A model generated the notes under the pieces. It did no database searches. It worked only from the letters and a program-made list of their open reading frames with translations, and was not told the origin of the DNA. A program made the position numbers and the translations under genes. From NCBI GenBank assembly GCA_963789395.1, contig CAWBKP010000009.1, positions 1 through 64,000 on the forward strand: a stretch of 64,000 nucleotides of DNA, written 5' to 3'. Shown here in pieces: positions 11,121-21,907 of this stretch. How positions within the stretch are numbered: position 1 is the first letter of the stretch; every line of letters begins with the position of its first letter. The stretch is from an uncultured delta proteobacterium. Lineage in GTDB: Bacteria; Desulfobacterota; Desulfobacteria; Desulfobacterales; Desulfatirhabdiaceae.

Positions 11121-11480
11121 ATGAATAAGATTTGTTCACTCACAGCCCTGCTGTTTTTTTCTGCAATATTATCTGCCCTGGCGGCGGACAATATGAAGGC
11201 TTTTCCACCTGCCTCGGAGGGAATGGTTCGATACGTGCTTCAGCTTCCAAAACAAGATGATGAATCCGCTTATAAAGTGGAACTGATTGTCGGCAAAATG
11301 GTCCAGGCAAACGAGGGAAATAAATATTTTTACACCGGCAAGATCGAGGAGGAAACAATCAGTGGCTGGGGATTTCCACGCTACAATGTCAACACACTGG
11401 GTCAGTTGGCGGGCACGCTGATGGCGTCCATGCCGGAAACATTTCTGTTGACCCCTGCATGGACTCCATCCGTACTATAA
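11121..11480 (+). pseudogene. eco: Ecotin-family serine-protease inhibitor, truncated at the reactive loop
   Basis: Signal peptide, FPPASEGMVRYV, KVELIVGK, GWGFPRY, GTLMA; the ecotin C-terminal part is missing. Confidence 0.75.
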
Positions 11481-12066
11481 AGATGGCCGGACTTATGATA
11501 ATGCAAGAATGGTTGACATTTCAAATCTGGGGTAGTCGCTATTTCGGGTATGTCCCCCAAACAAAAAAGCCGACGCGAGGATTCGAGAATACACTGGGGC
11601 GGGAAGGGATCATTCATTCTGGAGCGCTCAAGTGAAGCAAGAGGGTTAACTCCGTAGCCTTGCTTTTTATGATATTGACAATATAAACAGGAGGTATAAT
11701 ATAGATTCATGTTTCATCGTGGTATATCCCTTAAAATGTTTGGGAAGGCGTTCCATGTCAGAAACATTGTCTTCATTTCTTCGGACTATCTCACTTATCT
11801 TCCCATACCTATTCGATAGCTTTCTCCAGCGTTTTACAAATCTTATTCTCGGCGTTCATAAAATCCAGGCAACTCCCTTACAGTCCATCAACATTGTGTT
11901 TATAGCGATATTCTCCACACCAGATCCAAATTATCCCTGGCCAATAAGGAACAGGTGTTCAGCAACACATTGGGTTGCTTGTTTTACCCGAAACAAGGTT
12001 TGTCCCGGAACATCATATGAACGGAGTAGTTTCATAATTAAAAAAACCCAATGAGGATATACTTAA

Positions 12067-12959
12067 ATGTCAAGAGTAACTGCCAACGGCATTCAAATTG
12101 AGTATGAAACGTTCGGAGACCCATCAGGCCGCCCGCTCCTTCTGATCGTCGGGCTTGGCGCACAGATGATCCATGTGGGATGATGACCTTTGCAAAGACC
12201 TATCAAAACGCGGCCACTATGTCATCCGATTTGATAACCGAGATGTGGGCTCTCCGCCAAATTCGATGACGCCGGCGTGCCGGATCTCGTTGAGATCTTC
12301 AGGAAAATAAAGCAAGGCGAGAAAGTTAAGCCGCCATACACCCTGGATGATATGGCTGAAGATGCGGTAGGTCTCCTTGACGATCTTGGAATCCAGAAGG
12401 CCCATATCTGCGGTATGTCCATGGGGGGTATGATCGCCCAAACGATCGCGATTCGGCATCCTTCCAGGGTACTGAGTTTGATCTCCGTTTACTCAACTAC
12501 CGGCAATCCTGAAGTTCCCCAAGCCAAAGCCTGAAGTGATAGGAATGCTTTTCACTCCTCCTCCCAACGGGCGGGAAGCGAGAATTGAGCAAATGCTAGG
12601 ATTCTATTAAAGCCATCACCGGACCAGGATTCCCGCTCGATGAAAAATGGACCCGCAAGATCGTAGCCGAGAGCTATGACCGTTGCTTTTATCCTCAAGG
12701 GATCGTTCGTCAACTCCTTGCTATCATAACGCAGACCAACAGAGTACCTGCCCTTGCTTCATTAAAAGTGCCAACCCTTGTGGTTCATGGAACCGACGAT
12801 CCACTCATGTCGGTGGAGGGAGGTAAGGATACTGCCAAAGCCATTCCGGGAGCTCAACTTATGTTGATAGAGGGTATGGGGCACGATTTGCCGCACGGTG
12901 GGCCGTGGCCTCAGATCGTCGAGGCAATAGATGCCCACACAAAGAAGGCAACACTATAA
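12067..12959 (+). CDS. Alpha/beta hydrolase, split by frameshifts
   Basis: MSRVTANGIQIEYETFG, nucleophile GMSMGG, PTLVVHGTDDPL, GMGHDLP. Confidence 0.85.
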
Positions 12960-13038
12960 GTTCAGGTCTTTCATTTCACTCCGGTTATAAGGATGAATCT
13001 TCACCCTGAAGAACAAACAGCTGAAAGGAGTGTGAACA

Positions 13039-14240
13039 ATGTCTATTCTCTTTACACCCATAAATATTGGAGATGTGCAAATCAAAAACCGGTTTATCCA
13101 TTCTGCAACATATGAGGTCATGGCGTTAGAAACTGGTGAAGTAAGTGATAAGCTTATTAAAAGATATCAAAATTTGGCCAAAGGGGAAGTGGGTTTGATT
13201 ATTCCCGGTCATGTGTATGTTCACCCGTTAGGCCGTGCTCATAGGCAACAAAGCGGAATCCATAGCGATGAGATGATTCCCGGTCTGAGGAATCTGGTGG
13301 GAGCTGTCCATCAAGAAGGCGGGAAAATAGCGTTTCAATTGAACCATGCAGGTAGACAGACCACGAAAGCCATGATTGGGAAGACCCCTATTGGTCCTTC
13401 TGGTAGAGGAAGGGACCCCGTTAATTTCGTAAAACCCAGGGAGATGAATATAAATCAAATTCAAGAAGTCATCCAAGCCTTTGGGATTGCAGCCTGCAGG
13501 GCTGTTGAAGCCGGCGCGGATGGAATTCAGCTTCATGCCGCGCATGGCTACTTGATAAACCAATTTCTTTCGCCTTTTTTCAATCAAAGAAAAGATGAAT
13601 GGGGAGGTTCCGATGCTAATCGCTTTCGTTTTTTAAAAGAGATCATTTTAGAGGTTAGAAATAAACTGCCAAAAGAAATGCCGTTTTTGTAAAAATGAGT
13701 ACACACGACTATACACAGCCTGAAGGGATCACTCCTTTCTTGGCAGTGAAATATGCCAAGTGGCTATCGGATTTGGAGATCAATGGGTTGGAGATAAGCT
13801 GCGGATCTATATTTTATTCGTTTATGAATATTTGCCGGGGCGATGTTCCGGTGAATGAATTGGTGGACAGTCTTCCGTTTTGGAAAAGACCTATTGGAAA
13901 GATGATGATGAAAAGCATGGCAGGTAAATATAACTTTGAGCACGGATATAATCTCGAAGCTGCAAAGATGATTAAACCCGTTCTTGGAAAAACCCCTTTG
14001 TTTGTTGTCGGTGGCTTACGAAAGGTAGAGGAGATGAAGGATGTATTAGAGAAGCAATTAACTGATTGTATATCTATGAGTCGTCCATTTATTAGAGAGC
14101 CTTTTATTGTTAAAAAAATCAGAGAAGAAAAGACTGATGCCGTTGCCTGCGTTTCCTGTAATAGGTGTTTCGCTGCCATTGCACACAATATCCCCGTACA
14201 GTGTTATAATAAAGGGTTGCCACCATCACGAATTACCTAA
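13039..14240 (+). CDS. NADH:flavin oxidoreductase (Old Yellow Enzyme family), frameshift near 13690
   Basis: LFTPINIG, QLNHAGRQ, QLHAAHGYLINQFLSP, SRPFIREP, CVSCNRC. Confidence 0.9.
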
Positions 14241-14297
14241 TAAATACGGTTAATATAAAGTATTTTGTGTCGTCAGCTTCTACGGGAGGGATGCAGC

Positions 14298-17200
14298 ATG
14301 CAGTGTCCCAAGTGCCGGACTGAAAACCCGGAAACGAGGAAGTTCTGCAAAGAGTGCGGAACAAAACTTTCACTGGTCTGCCCGGAGTGCCAATTATGAA
14401 AATGACCCTGGGGATAAATTCTGCGGGGACTGTGGCCAAGAACTCTATAGATCAAAAGATTCAGGACCGCCAAAAACTTCTCCGGTTGATTCCACTATCA
14501 CCCAATCCTACACACCGAAACACCAGGCAAAAGAAATCCTCACCACCCGGAGTGCAATCGAAGGCGAGCGAAAATACGTCAGCGTTCTCTTTTCGGATCT
14601 AACCGGCTATACGTCCATGTCCGAGAAGTTGGACCCGGAAGAAGTCAAGGAGATCACCTGCCGGATCTTTGGTGAGATTTCAAAAATCGTGGCCAGTTAC
14701 GATGGCTTCATTGAAAAATATGCCGGCGATGCCGTGATGGCCATATTCGGTGTGCCCAACTCCCATGAGGACGATCCGATCCGCGCCATCAAGGCCGCCC
14801 GAGAAATCCATCAGGCGGTGGATGCCATCAGCCCGGAGATTGAAAAAAAGATCGGCCGGTCCATTTCCATGCACAGCGGCATCAACACCGGGCTTGTGGT
14901 GACCGGTGAAGTGAACATGGAAAGGGGCACCCATGGGGTTGCCGGAGACACCATCAATCTGGCCGCACGGCTGAGCAGCCTGGCAAAGCCGGGTCAAATT
15001 CTGATCGACGGCGGTACCTGCCGGCAGGTTGAGGGGCATTTTGAATGTGAATTTGTGGAGACAACCACCGTGAAGGGGAAAAGCGATCCGGTTCAGGTGA
15101 ATGTCGTAGTTACTGAAAGGGATAAACCGGTTACCATCCACAGGCTTTCAGGGCGTCCGGGCGGATCTTGATCGGCAGAAAGATGGAGATGGCCGAATTG
15201 CGTGATGCGGTGGAAAGACTGCGACAGGGAAAGGGCAGCATATTTTCGATCTGTGGCGCAGCCGGTACGGGAAAAAGCAGGTTGGTTGAAGAGTTCAAGG
15301 CCGGACTTGACCTTAATAAAATCCAATGGGTTGAAGCCCATGCATATGCGTATTCCCAGAACATTTCGTATTTTCCGCTGATTGATTTTTTAAACCGGAT
15401 TCTGGGGATTGATGAAAAAGATGCATCTGAAGAAGTAAAGCAAAAAATCGAATCCGGGATGGAATCGCTTCTGGGCAATAAAAAGGACGAGGCAGTTCCT
15501 TATCTGGGAAGGCTTTATTCACTGAGTTATCCCCAGGTAGAAAATGTAAGCTCGGAATTTTGGAAATCTCGTCTTCAAATGGCGGTCCTTTCGATTTTTA
15601 CCGCACTTTCCGCAAAAGCACCTACGGTTTTTTTCATGGAGGACCTGCACTGGGCAGACCCCTCTTTCATGGAATTGATACGCCGTGCGTTTCTGGAGAT
15701 CCGTCAGCCTGCCATCGTCCTTTGTACGTACCGGCCGACGTTAAGTCTCTTCACGGGTCAGCAGCAAGCCAGTGTCGCCAAATACTACCATGAAATTCTG
15801 CTGGAGAACCTGACTCTTTCAGATGCCCAGAGCATGCTGGAGTCGCTACTTAAAACAGAAAGCATTCCTTCCGACCTGAAGCGCTGGGTGCAGAACAAAG
15901 CAGAAGGAAACCCCTTTTACCTGGAAGAGTTGATCAACTCCCTGATCGAATCCGACAGGCTGGTTCAGGATAGCGCTGGCTGGAAACTCACGGGCTCCCT
16001 TACAGAGGCAGATATCCCATCTTCCCTGCACGGGATTATTTCCGGCAGGCTCGATCGGCTGGAGAAACAGGCCAAGCGCATCCTGCAGGAGGCATCCGTC
16101 ATCGGCCGGGATTTTCTTTATGAGATTTTAAAAAGGATATCGGAGCTTCAAGAACGCATCGATGGAGAACTGAACCAACTGGAGAGGCTTGATTTGATCC
16201 GAACCCGGTCGTTTCAGCCGGATCTGGAGTATATGTTCAAACATGCCTTGACCCAGGAGATTGTTTACAACGGACTTCTTAAAAAACAGCGACGGCAGAT
16301 CCACGAACAAATTGCACAGGTAATGGAAAATCTGTTTAAGGACAGACTGACAGAATTTCATGAAACCCTTGCCTTTCATTATGCCCGTGGCGAATCCCAG
16401 ATGAAAGCGGTCGATTATCTGCTTAAATCCGGAGAAAAATGTCTGGAAAGATATGCTGCTGAAGAAGCTCAGCAGTACTTCGAAAAAGCCTATGAAATCA
16501 TTACTTCCAAAGAAGAACTCACCGAATCCGAGCAGATTACCCTGATCGATATTCTGAACAACTGGGGTTATGCGTTTTATTACCTGGGTGAGGTCGGAAA
16601 ATTAATAGATCGTTTCAAAACGCATCAAACAATTGCGGACTCTTTGGATGACAAGGCAAGAACAGGGATGTTCTATGTATGGTTGGGCGATTCACATTAT
16701 ATGGCTGGAAAAGCCAATGATTCATATGTGTACTTGCACAAAGCTCTGCAATTTGGTGAGGAGACTAGGGACCAAAAAGTGATCGGTTATTCCTGCGCTT
16801 GGTTGACATGGCCATGCGCAGAAATTGGGTTGTTTGCTGAAGGCATCGGCTACGGTGAAAAAGCCAAGAAAATTGCGGAATTGTTTCCGTCCGACCAGTA
16901 TCTTTTTTTTATATCGCTTTCAGGACTTTGTTATATTTACTGTCTCAATGGGCGTATGAACAAAGGTTTGGAGGGCGCAAAATGTCTTTTAGAATACGGA
17001 GAGAAAAACGCCAACAGCAGAAGTAAAGTATTAGGGTATTTCATTAACGCAGGTGCTAATTATGGAACCGGCGATATAGTGACTGCACAAAAAAATGCCA
17101 TCTTGGCAATAGAAGCTGCACTTGATCCTGTTTATCCTCAATTTGGGATTAGTGTCTTTAGGTCTATCGTATACATTTTCTGGTAATTTTGTGGAAGCCG

Positions 17201-17724
17201 AAAAAGTTCTGCAGCCATCTTTATATTTTTTGGAAGAACGCGATCTGGGTCAATTTTCTATAATTAATAAACTTTTTCTATCTCCAATTCTGATTGGCAA
17301 AGGAAAAATGAAACAAGGGCTTGAGTTATTGGAAAACGTGCAACAAAACCTGATTACAAATCAGAGAAAAGTCTTGTATGCCGTATCTGAACACATTCTA
17401 GGTGAAATCTATGCTCAAATCGCTATCGGGCCGAAACCCTCCTTATCGATCATAGCCAAAAACATCGGCTTTCTGGCAAAAAACGTTCCATTTGCAACCA
17501 AAAAAGCTGAGGGGCATTTCAACAAAGCAATTGAATTAATGAAAGGAATCGGTGCCAATGGCTTTTTGGGACAGGTTCACCTGGGCCTGGCTAAGTTCTA
17601 TAAAGCAACCAAAAGATCGGAACAGGCCAGACAGGCCATACTTGAAGCCATTAATACATTTGAGGAATGCGAAGCTGAAACCTATCTTAAACAGGCCAAA
17701 GAGGTTCTCGCCTCATTAGAGTAA
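14298..17724 (+). CDS. Double Zn-ribbon / class III nucleotide cyclase / STAND AAA ATPase / TPR protein, paralog 1 (several frameshifts)
   Basis: MQCPKC...FCKECG; LFSDLTGYT, KYAGD, GDTINLAARL; GAAGTGKS; EDLHWAD; GNPFYLEE; FKHALTQE; helical C-terminus. Confidence 0.85.
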
Positions 17725-17937
17725 ACGGGAAAAAGGCCCTTTAGCGGACGACTCTGCCATCACGTCTTTTGCTTGCCGTCCGTTCCGCAGGTGCGTCGCC
17801 GCGATTAGACCGCAAGCTGAAATGTCAAATAGTTTTCCGAAATTCGCCCGCCACCGTCTTGATGAAGGAAAGGAGACGATGTTTATCCACGTGTGATCGC
17901 CGTGCTATCAATTTTGGACGAAAGGAGGTGAATTGAG

Positions 17938-18252
17938 ATGGTGCTCTATATCATGAAGTGGGACATTCACCCGGATAAGTTGGAAGCCTATCAGAAGTGG
18001 ACAGGGGGTGCAGTCAAGCGATTGCTGGCAGTACCCGGCGTAGTAGAGTTTCGGGCATACCGGACAGCTGTCGGTGCATCTCGGGTGGTAGTAACTTATG
18101 AGTTCGCCGAACTATCGGCTTGGGCCGCTTGGCAGGCGAACGAGGAAACTCAGAAAGTTCGGGACGAATTGGACACACTGGCCCTCAACGTGACTGCCGA
18201 ACTCTGGGGCCCGTCACCGGTCGTGCCGGCACCCATTCGGCCTGGGAAGTAA
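17938..18252 (+). CDS. Small dimeric alpha/beta-barrel-like protein (ABM/NIPSNAP-like), function unknown
   Basis: Strong SD AGGAGG; VPGVVEFRAYR...VVVTYEFAELSAWAAW pattern. Confidence 0.6.
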   Translation: MVLYIMKWDIHPDKLEAYQKWTGGAVKRLLAVPGVVEFRAYRTAVGASRVVVTYEFAELSAWAAWQANEETQKVRDELDTLALNVTAELWGPSPVVPAPIRPGK

Positions 18253-18369
18253 TTTCGTGAAGTCAGGGATAACCCAAGGGTGGCGGGCAAATCCTTAGCT
18301 TGACGACATTACCAAAGCTATAGTCCATTTCACGCAGCGTGTCTTTCATTGAAAATGGAGGGCATCAAA

Positions 18370-21300
18370 ATGAAGTGCTCAAAATGTCAGTATGACAACC
18401 CTCAAGAGGTAAAGTTCTGCGTACACTGTGGCAATAAACTGGGATCAATATGCCCAAAGTGCGGCAAGATCAATTCTCCGACCTTCAAATTTTGCGGTGA
18501 ATGCGGGCATGAACTCCATGTGATCGAAAAAACGCCGCCCCTTCCTGAAATAGAAGAAATAACAAACGAATTAACCCCTGAATCCCCACAAATAAAGACT
18601 ACTCCGGCCGGCATTCCCACCGAAGGCGAACGAAAATACGTCAGCGTTCTATTCTCGGATCTTACCGGCTATACGTCCATGTCTGAGAAGCTGGACCCGG
18701 AAGAAGTCAAGGAGATCACCTGCCGGATCTTTGGCGAGATTTCCAAAATCGTGACAAGTTACGATGGCTTCATTGAAAAATATGCCGGCGATGCCGTGAT
18801 GGCCATATTCGGTGTACCCAACTCCCATGAGGATGATCCGATCCGGGCCATCAAGGCTGCCCGTGAAATCCATCAGGCGGTGGATGCCATCAGCCCGGAG
18901 GTTGAAAAAAAGATCGGCCGGTCCATTTCCATGCACAGCGGCATCAACACCGGGCTTGTGGTGACCGGTGAAGTGAACATGGAAAGGGGCACCCATGGTG
19001 TTGCCGGAGACACCATCAATCTGGCAGCACGGCTAAGCAGCCTGGCAAAACCGGGGCAGATCCTCATTGACGGCGGTACCTACAGGCAGGTTGAGGGGCA
19101 CTTTGAATGCGAATTTCAGGAAACAACCACCGTCAAGGGGAAAAGCGAGCCGGTTCAGGTGAATGTCGTCGTTTCTGAAAGAGATAAACCCATTACCATC
19201 CACAGGCTTTCGGGAGTCCGGGCGGAGCTGATCGGTAGAAAGATGGAGATGGCTGAACTGCGTGATGCGATGGAAAGACTCTATCAGGGAAAGGGCAGCA
19301 TCTTTTCGATCTACGGTGCTGCCGGTACGGGAAAAAGCAGGCTGGTTGAAGAGTTTAAGGCAGGACTATATCTTAATAAAATACAGTGGGTTGAAGCCCA
19401 TGCTTATGCGTATTCCCAGAACATCTCATATTTTCCGTTGATCAATTTTTTAAACCGGGTTCTCGGTATTGAGGAAAGAGATGCTTCTGAAGACGTTAAA
19501 CAAAAAATCGAATCCGGAATGAAATCCCTTCTGGGCGATAAAAAGGAAGACGTGGTTCCATATCTGGGCAAACTTTACTCAATAAGCTATCCCCAGATGG
19601 AAAATGTAAGCCCGGAGTTCTGGAAGTCCCGTCTTCAAGCGGCAGTCCTTGAGATCTTTTCCGCACTTGCCGCAAAAGCGCCTACGATTTTTTTCATGGA
19701 GGACCTGCACTGGGCAGACCCCTCTTTCATGGAACTGATTCGCCGTGCTTTTCTGGAAATACGGCGTCCTGCCATTGTCCTGTGTACGTACAGGCCGACG
19801 ATTAGTCTGTTCACAGGTCAGCAGAAAGCCAATGTCGGCAAATATTATCATGAAATCCAGCTGGAGAATCTCTCACTTTCAGATTCTCAGAGCATGCTGG
19901 AATCCCTTCTTAAATCGGAAAGCATTCCGTCAGACCTGAAACGCTGGGTTCAGAACAAAGCCGAGGGAAATCCTTTTTACCTTGAAGAGTTGATCAACTC
20001 CCTGATCGAATCCGACAGGCTGGTTCAGGACGGCACGGGTTGGAAAATCACGGGCTCTCTTACAGAATCGGATATCCCATCTTCTCTACACGGACTTATT
20101 TCCGGCAGGCTCGACCGGCTGGAGAAGCGGACCAAGCGCATCCTGCAGGAAGCGTCCGTTATCGGCAGGGATTTTCTTTATGAAATTTTAAAAAGGATAT
20201 CGGAGCTTAAAGAGCGCATCGATGGAGAACTGAACCAACTCGAGAGGCTTGACCTAATCCGGACCCGGTCGTTCCAACCGGATCTGGAGTACATGTTCAA
20301 ACACGCCCTAACCCAGGAGATTGTTTACAACGGCCTCCTTAAAAAACACCGTAAGCAGATCCATGAACAAATTGCGCAGGTCATGGAAAATCTATTTAAG
20401 GACAGGTTGTCTGAATTTCATGAAACCCTGGCCTTTCATTATGCCCGGGGCGAATCTCAATCGAAAGCGGTTGATTATCTGATTAAATCAGGAGAAAAGT
20501 GCCTGGAAAGATATGCTGCTGAAGAAGCCCATCAGTACTTTAAAAAAGCCTATGAAATCATTACTTCCAAAGAAGAACTCTCCGAAACCGATAAAATTAC
20601 CCTGATCGATATCCTGAACAACTGGGGCTATGCGTTTTATTGCCTTGGTGAAGCTACGGAATTTGTGGATCGTTTCAAATCTCATGAGGCAATTGGCAGA
20701 TTCTTTGGATGATAAGGCAAGAAAAGGGATGTTCTATGTATGGTTCGGTATTGCCCTTTTTATAGCTGGAAGATCAAAGAACTCATATGATTACTTGATC
20801 AAAGGGCTGGAACTTGGTGAGGCTATAGGAGATCAAAAAGTAATCGGTTATGCCTGCGTCATGGTTGACATGGGCGTGCGGGGAAATGGGATTTATGGCT
20901 GAAGGTATTGACTATGGAGAAAAGGCCAATAAAATAAATGAGTTGTTTCCTTTCGAACAACATCATTTTTATGTTTTACTTGGAGGACTTTCATATATAA
21001 ATTTTTTTTTAGGGAATACGAACAGGGTCTTGGAGAACGCAAAACGTCTATTAGAATACGGTAAAATAACTTCCAACAACATGAGTGTTGTTTTTGGGCA
21101 TTGGGTAAACTCATTTGCTAATGTTATGACCGGAGATTTGGAGACTGCACAAAAAAACAGCAAGTTGGCAATAGAATACTGCACTTTACCCTATTTATGC
21201 TCAAAATGCTAAAGTTGCATTAGGTTATTCATATTTATTTGCCGGCGATTTTGAAAAAGCTGAAAAAGTTCTGAAAGAATGTTATTTCTTTAGTGAAAAA

Positions 21301-21791
21301 AATGGGTATGGGCATATTTCAATAATGTGTCAGATTGGTTTATCAGCAATATTCATTTCGAAAGGACAAATGCAACAAGGGCTCAACCTATTGGAAAACG
21401 CGCAAAATATCGTGATTACTAATCAGAGAAGATGTTGGTATGCCGTATCTGAACATATTTTCGGTGAAATATATGCCCAAATCGCCACAGGTCCGAAACC
21501 TTCTTTATCGATCATAGCCAAAAACATCGGCTTTCTGGTAAAAAACGTTCCATTTGCAGCCAAAAAAGCCGAAGGACGCATTTCAACAAGGCGATTGGAT
21601 TAATGAAAGAAATCGGCGCCAAAGGTTATCTTGGACCGGTTTACCTGAGCCTTGCCAAGTTCTATAAAGCAACCAAAAGAACGGAACAGGCCAGACAATC
21701 CCTGCTGGAAGCCATTAAGACCTTTGAGGAATGCGAAGCTGAAACCTATCTTAAACAGGCCAATGAATTATTGGTTTCCTTGAATAAATAA
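18370..21791 (+). CDS. Zn-ribbon / cyclase / STAND ATPase / TPR protein, paralog 2 (frameshifts in the TPR region)
   Basis: Same motifs as paralog 1; cyclase and ATPase DNA nearly identical to paralog 1. Confidence 0.85.
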
Positions 21792-21907
21792 TATCGAATA
21801 CGTAAAGCAACCATCGATGGAGCAGTAAGATATTTGTTGGAAGTGCACATGACATTCTGAATACTTGAGAAGTTTCGATTCTTAATCCGTTTTTACGGGA
21901 GATAATC

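Noticed and set aside
11520..11665. Riboswitch-like words (ACTGGGGCGGGAAGG, TAACTCCGTAGC)
   Set aside because: Only isolated motifs, no coherent fold, and no adjacent downstream gene
11700..12035. ORF 11719..12054 (+) and a stop-interrupted minus-strand frame
   Set aside because: No recognisable family on either strand; possibly a decayed gene but not supportable
17728..17825. Integron attC site after STAND paralog 1
   Set aside because: Superficial resemblance only; no RYYYAAC/GTTRRRY core pair and no integron integrase
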